A stretch of DNA of 63,572 nt, counting the filler, from Platydemus manokwari (Eukaryota), in NCBI GenBank assembly GCA_037951405.1. It is 5 parts of 5 records of this genome, joined end to end, with 100 filler letters (N's around TTAATTAATTAA, not from the genome) between each part and the next. Parts side by side here need not be neighbours in the genome. Positions count along the whole stretch, not along the records: positions 1 to 13,476 come from JBBMOY011712511.1; positions 13,577 to 24,017 come from JBBMOY011133105.1; 3 more parts are not named here. One strand, 5' to 3'. How positions within the stretch are numbered: position 1 is the first letter of the stretch; the number at the start of each line of letters is the position of its first letter. Below the pieces are notes generated by a model, which was given only the letters and a program-made list of their open reading frames with translations, searched no databases and had not been told where the DNA came from. Position numbers and translations under genes: made by a program. This document shows positions 1 through 14,289 of this stretch, in pieces.

Positions 1-2961
1 AATCAAGATAGGAATCGAAATCTCTGTTCGATTTGGTAGTATTTGTCATTACGATGAATACAATTGTCATTTTTTAGAATTTTTCTAAAAGCGTTATTTT
101 TTATTATTATCAAGATTAAAATGGACCATGTATTCCACCAGTTTTATATTGGTTTAAAATAAATATCAAGTCTAGAAGACTAAAATTCAAATTGTTATTT
201 GAGATTACCAATATTTTACCTTTATGATTTCTTCAATGGATTAATTAAACTATCTTTACATTTTGAAATCAATCGTGCCATTTTATTGATTTCCAGTCAG
301 ATATCTTGGAATTTACTAGAGACAAATATTTCTAATTACAAATCTTTGTTATAATAATCTTTAAAATTTAAAGTATTGTAATTTGGTTTTCTTTATTTGC
401 ATTGGCATGAAATTAATAATACAAGGGTAACGATGATAAACGTATCAAATTTAAATCCATTTATTCGAAACAAGCAATTTGAATAAATTCAGAGATGGCG
501 AAATCATCGCAAGTAACAAATTAAGAAATATTAATGCGAATCGGATTGAATTTATATTGGTGATATGCAGTAGTTGACTCACAGTAAAGTCTACTGATTC
601 ACATCTATAAATAGTAACACGAAATTTTATTATGCTCGAACATCAATATTGCTTTAATTTCATTTATCAATCCCATCTATAATAAATTCCAATAGTGATT
701 TGTAAATCCTAAAATATTAAATCGGGAATAATCTGGCCAAATGCCAGATTTATTAATTCAATCGTCCAGGCAATTTTCCAAGAAACGATTTTATTTTATT
801 CCAAATTATCGTTGCATAATATTGATGGATTAGTTGAATTTTTATGAAATCAAAATCATATGACATTGACACTTCAATGATTCATTTTGATTTGGTTATA
901 GCATATTTCAAATCATTAGTTATTACTTATTCTAAAGAGATACATAACAAGATGTATAGATTAATGATTATTGAAATGTATAAATAGAAATCTGTGTAGC
1001 CTTTGATACATTGATCAATAAAGTGAAATTTGATCATGTCTCATTATCTATCTTTGTTACTATTTTATAGACGAAAACAACGCCATTTCTAAAAATATTT
1101 GATTGCTTGATTTAACAATGAAAACATACAGGAAATTTTCTTAACAAGTTCATTCTTATGAAATTTTTATTTTTTCTATTTCTTCATATTTCAAATGACT
1201 AATTTATTGATTTATCGATCTAACTTTAATTTGATGAATAATACTGTGCAAGCAGTTGAATTGAATCTGCAATTGAATGAAATATTTATCATTTATTGAT
1301 TACAGATAATTATGATATGATGTGTGTGTTGCATCATAATTGAGATGGTTCTGACTTCAACAAAATATGATTTCAAATGATATCAAGACATTTTCAAGAT
1401 ATTCGAATGAAGTTTGAAATCAGATAATATATTCCAGGAAATATTGTGATGTTAACACCAAGTTTACTCAAATAGTTAATACAAACAATGATGTCTCTTA
1501 AATTCGCGTATAACCTAGGAATTATTGTTGTCATTAGTTATAATTTGATTATAACTGTAATAATATTTATTGAATTAATTTTTATTCTCTTTCATCAGTC
1601 CACTATACCAAATTTAATAATGTTTATTAAAATTATTAACAAATTAAAAAAACGATGTTAAATGAATATTAATCGATATCATTGAGAATTTTATGAATTT
1701 CTAGTTTAGATTGTTTAGAATTTATTGAATGATATTCATTCCAATTCTGAATATTAGACATAGAATGTCTTCTTTCACCTGATATCAGAAGTAATCTCAT
1801 AGCTTAATTTGACAACAAATTCCTCTCGATCTTATCTAGATGAAGTATTTCTTCAGATTTTATTGAAAACATGCAAATCAAACTTTTAGGTTTAAATCTT
1901 GTCCATATTTAAAATTACATTATTATCTTGTGTCCAATAATTTTATAACTGGTCCTTTAATATACCCAGCAGTAAAGTTTATAATATGAATTTTCCATAT
2001 CTAATTTGGGAAAATCAAATGTTTCATGTGAATCCATTTCATTTCAAGTACAACAAATTATCGCACAAATTTGAAATTCTATTCTACAATTCGATGCGCT
2101 GGTAAAATAAAGAGTAAATTTTTGCATCAATTATTCTGACGAAGTTATATGGATATTCTTTAGATCAATGTTCTTCAAAAGGGGGGGGGCGAAAAATTTC
2201 AATTTTGACACTGACTTTTATTCAGACAAAATATCGATCGAATTTTAAAGATTAGGAATTAGTGATGGCACCGGCCATCACCGAAATAGAGCCAAGATTT
2301 GATGTTTTATTTCAGAATATGCAAAATCATTATTATTAAATATATTTTAATTTCTTGGTGTTAAAAGGATTTTTTATTAAAAAAAATTACTTTATTATTT
2401 TTATTTTAGTCCCTAATGGGTCTCGTAAAGTGGATTGCAACATAAAAAGGGTGAAGACCACTGGTTTGGATTATATAAAGCTGCTATATATTTATAACAC
2501 CAATAAATCTAAGTAGTTGGCTACTCAATATATTAATCAATTCCATACATAAATATATCGAAAAGTTCATCATCCATCGATAAGACTTGTTGATCTTGAA
2601 ATGTTCGTCATATCGAATAATAATTTAATTTAATGCTTAATTGCTAAAAATATTTTTTTTTGATTATTAAAATTACAAAACCAATCCATATCGAAATTTT
2701 AGATTACTTGAAATGAAATAACCTGTGTGCATTGAATCTACGAAATTCAGACAATCACAAACGCAAAAATAATACATCAATCAACATAATTAAAGTGTGA
2801 ACGAATAAAATATAAATGCTAATTCTCGACTATCCTCTTATGAGTTGAAATGATGCTAGTTGAATAATCGTGATAAAAATGAATATTTAATGAACATTGG
2901 CTGACCATTTTGAAATCGATAGTTATTTTATTTTTCATTTTTTTCTCACAGTTAATAAATA

Positions 2962-2994
<33 letters not shown>

Positions 2995-2996
2995 GA

Positions 2997-3466
2997 TTAA
3001 TAATCAAATGGTAATGTGTGAATTCCATTAATACAATTATTATCATTGCAGACTACTCGTTTTATCGATTCATCGAGGAGATGTGAATCACGGAAAGCCG
3101 ATTCAGATATTGGTATAGAGGTATACAATTGGTGCCGGCCTGGTTGCAAACGAGTATGCAGATCAGAAGAATCTGATCAACATTATAGTAACACCAGCAA
3201 TAATGAAAGTGATATAACAAACACAACAGACAAAGTGATTAGTTACAAACAAATGCGACTGTCTAATGAAAATGCTATAGGTGGAAATGGTGTGATAGAT
3301 GTTAATGATAATTTCGTTCTTGTTGTTCCAACAAATAATGAGTCACTGTAAAAGGCATGGTAATTCTCACAACAACAGGCTACCATAGCAACAGAAACAA
3401 TAGAAAATACTGCATCTCATGAAATGTCTATTTTGATTGTCTGGCAATCTTTCATCCATATGCTAC
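2997..3466 (-). pseudogene. Possible decayed exon of a single-pass membrane protein (Cys patch, TM helix, short tail)
   Basis: After an AG acceptor at 3468-3467 one frame reads GSIWMKDCQTIK..VACCCENY..LITLSVVFVISLSLLLVLL..SDSSDLHTRLQ..PFDY* with four internal stops. The + strand ORF 3046-3351 is its antisense shadow. Confidence 0.25.
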
Positions 3467-6439
3467 CTGATTAATTTTGTAAATTTTATAACCGTCTGCT
3501 CTCATGGTTTTATTTCATTGTGGGATTTTTACATTTGCATTTTATTCGTTGTTAAATATCCATAAGCCATTATGCTACTAAAAAATCAATTTCTGAAAAG
3601 TTATTTATTTGAATTTTAGCCTCCCCAGCATCGGCTGTGATAAGTATGTTTGGGTGCGCGCATTTATTTGATTGTAAATATAAAGTAATTGGTGACGTAT
3701 GATTATATATGATGTTGGATTGTTGATTCTTTCTGCTATATGGTTGTTGTTGTTGTTGTGTTTTATTTAAGATATTATTCATTTACTCATTGATTGAATA
3801 CATTGTTTTATATATTTACATATATATTTATATAAACTATATAAATCAGTATCTGCAATATAATGCCATTATACATTGAAACTTGTAGAATCCATTTTCA
3901 TATTTTAAACTTTTAAACTATAATTTTCCTTCTCAAATTTATCCCATATACGATGTAAGATAGTGGTGACAATAACAGGATTTGATCATAAATATAATGG
4001 TTTAGGTAAACAATTATTGTTGATACTTTTATTTTTCAGATTAATTACAGTTTAATAATTGACGAATTATCTTAGAAAAAATGAATAAGAAAAGTTTTGT
4101 ATGGTGATAATTGAATTTGTCTTTTAGATGATGAAGTAGTAGTATTATTCCAAAAGTGATTTTATGGTATCGCGATAACATATTTAGAATGTTTATATAA
4201 ACAAAAGATGAGAGTTCATTAAAATGATTTATAAAAATAATTTTAAAGAAAAGATAACTCATAACATAGCACGTTGTGATATTGATATACTTCACTTCAG
4301 TAGAAAAATATTATAATAATGATGTATTTTTATTTTTAATAAAACTTAGACAAAAAATGTGAAAAACGCAATTATATTGGAGAGTTAGTACAGGAATTAT
4401 CATTTAATAACTTAGTAGGAATTGAATTCGTGATATTGACCACAATGAAACCGGTACACGTTTTCTGTACCACTGTCGGTACATACAGACATCAGTGTAT
4501 TCAAATGCCATTCATATTTATAATCCGATATATCAAGTTTTTGGAAATTATTTTTTTTGTTTTTCACGTAAAATAATTTCATCAGATAAATACATCATTA
4601 ATAATTAATCAACTTATTCCCATTAAATTAATCAAACCGCTTCTATATCTACTTGCAGTATCCAAATTTTGAAAAAGTTCTTCCTCATAAATCGTCAAGT
4701 AACAAATCAGTTTCTGTCGAAATGGGTTGCTTCCAGTTTTATTGATATCTGTGTGGGCCAATTATTGTTTGGATTTGTATCCAGATTTAATTGGACAGCA
4801 TTAGTTCGAGTCGTTATATTCTTTAGGCCCCAACACATATTATCATTTTACAAGTTATCATTTACGTTATTATATTGGTTAGGATTATTATTATTATTAT
4901 TATTCCATTGTTATTATAACATACAATCTTTATCCATAGAGACAATTTAATGGTGACAAGCAATCAATTTACTTCTAAGAATTTCGGGTATCAGTGGAAA
5001 ATTATCTGTCAAAGATTTGCTTCATCTTAACCAAATCCCAACTATTATTTGTTGTAAATTACAGTTGATATATCGCTAAATAATACAATCATCAAATACA
5101 TTTCATTTATCGATATATTGATATTCTATATTGTCAAGAAAATTATATATTTCTTGCTATGGATTCTTGCAATTTTATTTTATAAAACTATTTTATCAAC
5201 AATTTATTTTATAAAAAATAATAAAACAACGATGATTCTCAAGACCATTTTATGAAGTATTCAAATACAAACTTCGATATTAATGGCTGTGGTTTATCAT
5301 TGCGATGTTATGCCTACATTCATTCAATATTTGGCGGCTTACTAAATTTGGTTTGTTTTACAAAACACATGTTACGCTTTAGAAAATTTTAATAAAACAG
5401 CATTGTAAGAATATCAAATTGAATTTGAATTTGATATTAAATTTTATTTGATATTAAATTTCATTTAATTTGTTTAAATAATTGTCTTGAATAGAATTGA
5501 ATGTCGAGACTTTTCTGTTCGTTTTCGATGCGTTTTTTTTTTATAAAATAGTAGCGGCTTACAAGCATATTATTTTTCAATATGATTTTTGTTTATTTTT
5601 CATATTTAAAGATAAAAAGAAAATTGTTAATCTGATGAATTATCATAATTTTTGTGGAATTTCAATTTTTGTATGACTATTTATTAGAATTGATTTATAA
5701 AATGAAATCAATAATAAACAGTAAATAATAATTATATAAAATTTAACTGTGGCGTTTTCAACAAGTAAATCAATTTGATTCACTTGATGATCTAATAATA
5801 AATGACATAACTGGCATAATAATAACAATAATAATGAGGATAATAATAATTATTAACTTTATAAACAAATTATATTTTCGTAGTAATTTAGTGAATAATA
5901 ATTATTATTTATTAATAATATTTTATATAATAAAATGGCATCTTGTGCATAAACGTCAGCTTTGGATAATCGGGTTCATAAAAATATAAAATACAAAATT
6001 ATTCGATATCCAAATTAACCGCTAAATTAAATAAATGTATTTAGTGTAGACAAACAAGATAATTATAGAGGATCAGGAGAAACCTACGAGTAAATGAATG
6101 ATTTAATGATCGAATGTTAATGGAGAAAAGTAGAACATTGGAAATCACCAGTGAATGATATTCGTGTAAATAATAAACAAAACACTTGAATAAAAGTGAT
6201 CGATTTTCACAATGAAACATTTAAAGCACATAGATTAAAAGAAAAACACGTGTTGTATAATAAACGAATATATAATTAGAACTAAGGTAATAAAATATAA
6301 TAATTCATGAATAATTAAATATTAATTTTCAAGAAAATTGAATTAATAAAAGTAATTATAAACAACAAACTTATGGCAAGAGTGGAAAATCTGTAAAACC
6401 GAGAATTAATAAGTAAATAATTTAACTTGAATATTGTAG

Positions 6440-8215
6440 GAATGGTTCTGCCCTTGTGTATACGCATTATTCTGCCTTTCAATTGATTGCCTAATCAAGC
6501 CATCCACAACACTACCGGAGCCTCTAACAACACATGATAATCAATTTTCGACATTAGTTTATACCCATGATAAAGTCACTTTGGTTAACTCTGATGAGAA
6601 ATTAGAACGCAGGCTGAACCATCTTATTCATCTCGCTACCGATACTCATCTAGACACCGATATCGATAAATGCAGATATTTCGCCAAAAACCTCTTAAGC
6701 AGAAATGATCTTACAATCTTCGACGAATAGATGCCATTTGTGGACAGCACCAACCTGTATAAATATCTAGAAGTCCCATTTTGTCTTCCAAAACATAAAC
6801 CAGTCAATGATATTCTTCAGTCAATTATCACCGACATTGAATCTAGACTGTATCCATCTCAAAAATTCCTAATCTATAATATCTTTTTACACTCAATGCT
6901 GCCATTCCACTTTAGAAGACAACAAATTTTTAAAAAGGCAGTAGACTCCGGCACTCATCTCTAACGGAGACGAATAACCTATTCAATCATTTGATAAGAA
7001 AATCTGTGCAATCTCTCGCAAAATTTTAAAGATAGACGGTTCGAAATCGAGCAACGACTTCTTTCTGTATGCTTCAACAAAACTAGGTGGAAATGACCTG
7101 ACTACTTATTTAGTGGAATTTTGTATCCAAAGCATCGTCTGCATCTTCAGATTCATGGCAAGTCTGGACCCGGAATTCATAACTTTAATGATCAAACAAC
7201 ATGATTTAGTCAAATACAGGCTTCTGGGTGCTTCAGATTTAACCACGGCATTGTACTGGATCTCTGATAAAATCGCCTCCAATAAAAAAGCACAAAAGCA
7301 ACCTAGTGGACCAAAACTCGATTCGTTGCTAGAAAACTAAGAAAACTCCAAATTGATGTGAATTCAGTCACCACAACACAGAAATTCAATTGAAGATAAC
7401 TGTCAACCCGGACAAGACTTATTTCTTCCCAAAAGACAACCGTGGGAGACTGTGTGACATTTTCCACGACTTAGCATTAATGACTTTCTTCAACGAATAG
7501 ACAACTATGAAAAGGCAAAGCAGACTGGTCCAACGCTTTTCGGCATCATACTTATCACAAAAAACCTTTAAAAAATTTCAATTTATTTCCAGAAGCTTGG
7601 ATTTTTACACACCATGCACGGAACAGTTTACTGTTACTGAACATCACACCATATTTTATCAAATTAAATAAATCAACATTATGCCGCCGCTGTAAGACAT
7701 AACAGGAAATTGAAGCACATATCTTCATTAATTGCCCAGCTGTACAAAGTCTAGCTTCGAAAAGACACGCAATTTTTCTTGACCACCTTGGGCTTTACTT
7801 ACAATCTCTTTGGTACGATATCGACATCGATTCTGCATCACCAGAACTAAGACCAGACCTAATAATCATCAAGAATAAGTTCAAGCGCCATAATTACATC
7901 GTGGATCTAAAATACCGTTTGATATAATGGTTAATTTTGAATTATATATCGCGATTGAAATCAACAGCGATCACGATTCAACACCAGCATAGGTGTTATC
8001 TCGGATCCTGGGATCTACAAAACAACAAAGTCCTATCAGATATCAACCTGAACAAATCACAGATGGCTTTCATCTCCGACTTCCTTTGCAACACACATAG
8101 CTCACATCGATCAGAGGAAAATGAAAAATCCCTCATCGACACGAGCCTTCAATTCAATTACCAACACTACGTACCAAAATTAATAATGCAAACTCGCAAT
8201 GTTAACAAATAACGA
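6440..8215 (+). mobile_element. 5'-truncated, decayed non-LTR retrotransposon with restriction-like endonuclease (NeSL/R5/Utopia-like)
   Basis: Ordered motifs across broken frames: RT 'STLVYTHD' (decayed YADD, ~6550), 'IDKCRYF', 'YKYLEVPF' (6757), 'LYASTKLGG' (~7065), CCHC knuckle 'CRRCKT*QEIEAHIFINCP' (~7682), 'KRH', 'ELRPDLIII..YIVDLK' (PD-(D/E)xK, ~7845-7910) and 'LGSWD' (~8000). Confidence 0.85.
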
Positions 8216-9869
8216 GACGAATCTTAATAGAGGAAGCTTCAAATGTATATATAATTTGATTGTATAAAACTATAGTCCGACGTGAGGACTTGTGCCACCC
8301 CGTCGAGAAGATTTTGAAAAATTTTTTAAGAAATTTTTTTTTAATTTTCTGTTATTTTATAAATAATTTTGAATGGAGCCCACTTATTGTTTTTTTCTCC
8401 TTAATTAATACACTTGAGGAACTAAATGGTATCAGGGGTGAAGAAAATAATAAAGCACTTTTCAATAAAAGTAATTCTTCAAATTGATCTTACGAGTAAA
8501 TCAATTTCAAACAATCGGTGAGCTCAATTTAACAATAACCTCTTTGACTGACAACTCTGTACGTGAATTGAATAGTTAACTGTTATCTGGCAGTCCAGTT
8601 CCTGCTTGTACTTGAAGTATATGAACCAGTTGACTGGTATGATTTCAAAACTGTACTTTGTTCTGTGGCTGGTGATGCGAATGTTGTATCATATAGTGTA
8701 CCCCTGCAACTTTTGGTTTCTGGTCGCTCTTCACTAAGACTATCAGTTTCCATTTGGCAATGGGGACATGTTGTCTCTGAATTTTGTTTCCACTCCAGTT
8801 GTAATTATCTAAATCATATTTATTTTGCTTTGCAACTCCATTTTTTTCAATATTTTAGGAAACCCTTCTTATGACGATTCATCAAAGATTGAATAGAAAA
8901 TTGTCATGACAACCAAAAATTGAATAATTATATTAACGATTATTCCGTTTAGTAAAATACTAAGATTTCGGTGCTGATTGTGGATGGTGAATTATTAAAT
9001 TCAAAGATTATGTAGTCAATTATTGATTTTGTTTTCTGTGATTATTCTACACTATCCCTGGATTTGGGATTGTGTTCAATAGAGGACTTAGATAAGTCAG
9101 AAATTGAGGAATCATGTGATTTGATTACTGCTGGGTGCATGAATTTTTAGTCTAAACGATTGCTTGTCGGTGAATTTCGGAACACTTTGCCTTCTAATCG
9201 TGATCATTGTTTTAATTTGGTGAATTTCATTAATTTTGTCTCGAACCTCAAAATTTAATAAAATAATAAATTGAATTATTAAATGAAATGTGAGGTTTAA
9301 CCCATGAAATCAGTGAATTTGATCTAGAAATGAAAGCTTTTCAATTTAGCAGAACCACGTGATTATTTTCAGAGATCTCTGATTGGACTAAAAGATAATG
9401 GATTGATGACAACAAATGGACAATAGATTACTATCGATAACACTTGACAATACAATGTCTACAGAAAACTAAGATAGATATTTGCTGAGAGCATCACACC
9501 AATTATTCAAATCTGACCAGAAATTGAATTGTTTGCAGAAACACAATTTGTATTAATAAAGATAACAAGTCAATTGTTCTACAATAAAAATCTTAATTTA
9601 AATCAATAGATACAATTTGTCGTGTACTGAATAATAGATTGACATACTTGTGACAGCCGATATGGAGAAATTTTTAGATGTAATGGGTTAAGTTTAGATG
9701 TTGGACAATATTTGTCATTTGCCGAATCTTGAGTTTATTTATTTTCAAGTGCATTCATTCAGACTTGGCGTTGATTGAAAATTAAATTTAACTTTAAAAT
9801 TATGTAAAGAAAAGTAATGTAGAGTGAAGATGAAACCACCTTGAAATCCTTATTTTTGCACTTTAAACT

Positions 9870-10217
9870 TGTATGCCTATACAGCTACATAGGCATATAA
9901 ACCACCCAATCAGAGAAGACTTAAATGGAAGATTATAATTCAAAAAATGACCAATCCCGATCACAGAAAATCAATAAATATAATCAAAACTTGAGAAACC
10001 AAATATAAAATCGAAACATGACACACGCATTACATACAAAGCTCAAGTATAAATAACGATGTAAAGATGGCCAGTGGGAGGTCGATTAGTATGATGTTTA
10101 TTTTGTTTGATTTGTTGAGTGTTAAATAATGATTATTTGAGTCGATTTTGTACGTATTGATGTGCACGATTTGATGAAAATAAATCTTTTGCAACTTTCA
10201 ATTCATTGGGTTCAACA
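9870..10217 (+). repeat. LTR-like dispersed repeat, family A (copy 1)
   Basis: Starts TG and ends CAACA. Aligns by eye with 61510-61840 (e.g. aatcagagaagacttaaatggaagatt vs aatcagagaggatttatatggaagatt; ccaatcccgatcacagaaaatcaataaat vs ccaatcccgatcacacaaagtcaataaat). Confidence 0.6.
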
Positions 10218-10639
10218 GTATCGCCATTATTTGCATCTAACATCCACTAGGTGGACTGGAAATATGAAATCAATAAATATGTTGAAATAATAGATTTAAT
10301 TGTTCAGCTAACTGATATATAAATCGTGAGGATTCTAAAATCAATTAAAATTTAGGCGATCGTTTTAAACAGAAAATATATCGATATTATCAATTATCAA
10401 TTCGATCTGTTGGAATATTTTTGTTTAAATTTGATTTCGTGCTTTCAAGCCGTTAGATACATTTTCAAAATTTAACAAAATTTATTTTATTTATACATAA
10501 AAGAAAATAAATAAAAAATGAATGCATAATATTAGTACGATTTCTAGCAATTTGTTGTAAATATTTATCAGAATGTTATAAAATATAATGATTAGAATAT
10601 TCTATTAATAATTTATTTTTATTTTTTTGCAGACAAAAA

Positions 10640-11960
10640 TACAATTTGAATGGCTTCACTTGAAAGGAAACGATTGATTATAAAATCATCAAAAATAACT
10701 TTGCTTGTAAATCTTATTGCTTTAGTTTTACCTTGGTTTCGATAGGATGTACAGGAAGTAAAAGAACGATAGTCACAAGTTTCCAAGATGATATTTTTGG
10801 TTTTTTATGCAGTAACATGTGTTTTTTTTTCTCAAAATAAGATGAATTACTTCTTGGAGACGTAGCGAACAACCATTTAACATTGACAACAATTAAATAA
10901 AAATCCTCAAAGAAATATTACTAAATGTTTTGAATAATTCTTAATATAGAATCTAATGCCAAATTAGATCGACTTTACCACATGGGCTGCACTGGTGTTG
11001 ACCTCTTAATCAACAATGATATATAGAAGGAGATTGTTATAAATATGCCTATCAGCATTTTATAAAAATAAAATATATCGCTGGGAAATTCAGAATTTTT
11101 TCGAAAATGACTCGGCTAAATAGCTTTCACTTGGAGAATCCTAACAGTTTCATAAAGCTCAGCTTGGATTTTCCGTTGATATTTGTTTCCTGATGAATTT
11201 AAACATGAGTCAAATGAGCGAATAACTTATTGATCGAGTAGCTTACTGCATTGAGTAATATTGTGGATGTGTTGACAGTGATTGGAGAGCTATTTTAAGT
11301 TTATAAAAGAAATATATTTTCAAACCATGTTATTATTACTCTAATTAAATTTAATAATATCAGTTGTTTCTTATTATTGAAATAAAGATAAAAGAAGGAT
11401 ATCGAATCTAAAATCTTGAGATTGGAAATCCAGAATTGTTAATTTTTTGGATTGCCTTCATTTCACATGGCTGTCTAAAATCAAAGATCTTCACTTGTTA
11501 TGGGATAATGGTTAAAGATTTGTTACTAAAATGAGATTCGAATGAGAATTCAACGAATTGCTCTGTTAAAATTTGTCGATTAATTACTCCACAAAAGATG
11601 GTGAAAAAAACTCTTTTCATCAACATTGATTAAATTATTTGCTTTGGAATTTTTCATTCTTCGGATTTCATGGTACAGCTTGAATTGTGTAAATTTAGAA
11701 ATATTCGAATATAACTTCTATGTAAACAAACCGTTTCTGCAGCGAATTGGTGAAAATCGAATGAATAGAAAAAACAAATATGTGAATCCCGTTGAGACAA
11801 TCTGGAATCACTTTATCAGAAATTGTCGTTTTTCACATCTTGATATGATCGATACGTTTATCTGTAGTTCAATCTGCATGGATAAAATGAGTTTCTTCGT
11901 TCGCTATTAACTGCACTTGAGATAGAATTTCAAATGTCGCATCAAGAATATAATAATTCT
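10640..11960 (+). mobile_element. Highly decayed DNA transposase, probably hAT
   Basis: Fragments in hAT order: zinc-finger-like 'FACKSYCFSFTLVSIG' (~10700), 'HFTWLS' (~11460), and a dimerisation-like C-terminus 'IWNHFIRNCRFSHLDMI..SAWIK*VSS' (11800-11900). Many stops and frameshifts; no TIRs identified. Confidence 0.35.
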
Positions 11961-13476
11961 CATTAATAATCGATATAGGAATCAACCAAGCATTGCACTA
12001 TTATCTTATCTACATTGATTTTTATGGTTGAGATATTTGAGATATATTGATCTGTAGCTTTATTTGATTTGTACTTGAAAAATTTTATTAAAACAATTAG
12101 ACCCCTGATGGCCCACAGCCAACCCCCGCGAGGCATTGTTTTATAGGACATTTATTTTCGAGTTCAAATACCAAGATTCTTAGATGCCTATCACATGGAA
12201 AAAAATGTCACCAATATCATTGACAGCAGTAACAATTTCACCAACTTTATGGTTGTAATTATCAATGCGAGATTTGTCTTGGGTTTTTCTTCAAATTTTC
12301 CAGTTGATTTAAATCTCTCAGTTAATGAGGGAATAAATTTGCAATCAATTTACCCGTCGTAAAAATCTTCAAAATGACGGGATCACTTCGAAACAGTTTC
12401 CTGTTTTATAAAATTCTTTATAATAAAGACACTTTTTTAAATGTTTGACGTCTTGACATAGCTTGAATTGAATCGACACACACATTAATAAAACAATCAA
12501 TAATCGAAGAATTTGAATTTTTAAAGTTAGCAAAATTTATTGCGATACAACGAATACAAATTTTGAAATATTCCAATCGATTCAAGCTGACTTTTCTTGG
12601 GGTGGTTTGATGTGGGATAGATTGAATAAAATTTCGATAATGTTGACAACTTTAATGGGAATAATTAGAAAAAGTTTTTTGTTAGATTATTTTTATCCAA
12701 TAAAATTTCAGATGAATGATGGAAAATCATTAATATTTCCCGATAAATATTCAGACCCACTTCAGATAAATCTGCCAAATAAGGCAGATCAAAAGCCATT
12801 TAAAATTTGAAGCATTTTGTCTTAGCTTTTTCAGTTTTTTCTATAAAATTCGTTGAAACGCTTCTTTAGAATTTTTTATCGAACTATTCGATTGTTGTAA
12901 GTGCCTTAAAAATTCCTGAAATTCTTAGAAGTCTTCGTGGTTTCTGACTTTCAAATAGAATCCATATCCTACCACAATAATCCAACATGATATCGCTTTT
13001 TCGGGCTACAAGTAAGATATTTGTTCCGGATAAGTATCAGGTTTAAATTATAATTCATAATTACTTTTAATGTTCTTATAATTATTAGTGAAATTAAATA
13101 ATCGAAATCTACCATGGTCATATCAGTGCACAAAGATGAATTATGATACTAAATATTCACTGTACTCTGTAAGTATCCCAAATAGTTAATTGATGAATAA
13201 ATTTTTATCTAAAAGCTCTGGTGAATTTCTTACATGTCTACAACAACTACACATATATACGTAGGAAACCAGAGCATTATGGCACAGACGGTTTCTAAAT
13301 ATCTCTCTAATCGAAAGATGTTGTTCTGTGTGGAAGATAAATAGGTGATAACGGTCTATTTGTGGAAATCATCAATTGTTAAAACTATTAGCCATGAATC
13401 AACAGATCCATATGCTTTAATAAGCTGTCGACTTTGTTCTGCTCATATTGTTGAGAACAGTTATAGGGGCTATACT

Positions 13477-13576
13477 NNNNNNNNNNNNNNNNNNNNNNNN
13501 NNNNNNNNNNNNNNNNNNNNTTAATTAATTAANNNNNNNNNNNNNNNNNNNNNNNNNNNNNNNNNNNNNNNNNNNN
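13477..13576. other. Artificial contig joiner (44N + TTAATTAATTAA + 44N)
   Basis: The 12-mer at 13521-13532 has stops in all six frames; the identical pad occurs four times. Confidence 0.95.
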
Positions 13577-14289
13577 TTAAATATATTGATTAAATATTAT
13601 TTTATATATTAATTGTTTTGTCTGCATCCCGGATAACAGGAAAGTACCGTTTTATAATATACCTTTTAAGTAAATACATGCTAACTTTTGATGCACTGAA
13701 AACGTATAAAAATTATAATAAAATGTATTATATGTTTAAACCTGAGACGTGGAACGAGTCAAAGAGAAATGATTGGGTCCCACTCAGGTGTGTGATATGA
13801 TAATATAACTAAACTGTGACTAAACTAAGCTTCAATATTATAACATAATTAAATAAATTAAGAATACTTTTAATAACTGTTAGTATTATACAAAATAATT
13901 ACTAATAGTGTTTAGAATCAGCCCAGATAATATCAAACAGTGTAAAATTTTAAAAACTTTCACATTGATTTAAAGTTGTATTGTATAATTTTATATGGGT
14001 GTTTGACGATTTCATTAGTTAATCTTATAAAACCACATGTATTTTGTCGTCAATGTTTTTTATTTTACTTGCCCCTAATTTAATTTAATGTATAGCTTAA
14101 TTTCGTGAACAATTTATTTAATGTGGTTGTAAAGTCAGTTTTTGTAAAATTATATTTAATATTTATCAAAATAATATAATTAAATAATATTTGAAAAAAT
14201 CCATTAGATTTTTCCGCTATAGTAATTTTATTCATAAAATAAAACAAATAATTTGTTGGATATTATCGAGCACAATAAATAGTAAAAAT

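Noticed and set aside
1300-2100. Minus-strand fragments (FDFPKLDM..) resembling ISL2EU/Harbinger-associated proteins
   Set aside because: Too degraded to support a call.
8575-8810. Minus-strand 'EWKQNSETTCPHC' as the end of a RING finger
   Set aside because: No upstream Cys/His ligands and no consistent splice frame.
13521-13532. Palindromic TTAATTAATTAA recurring about every 10-20 kb as a biological repeat
   Set aside because: It is always centred in N runs, so it is an assembly linker.
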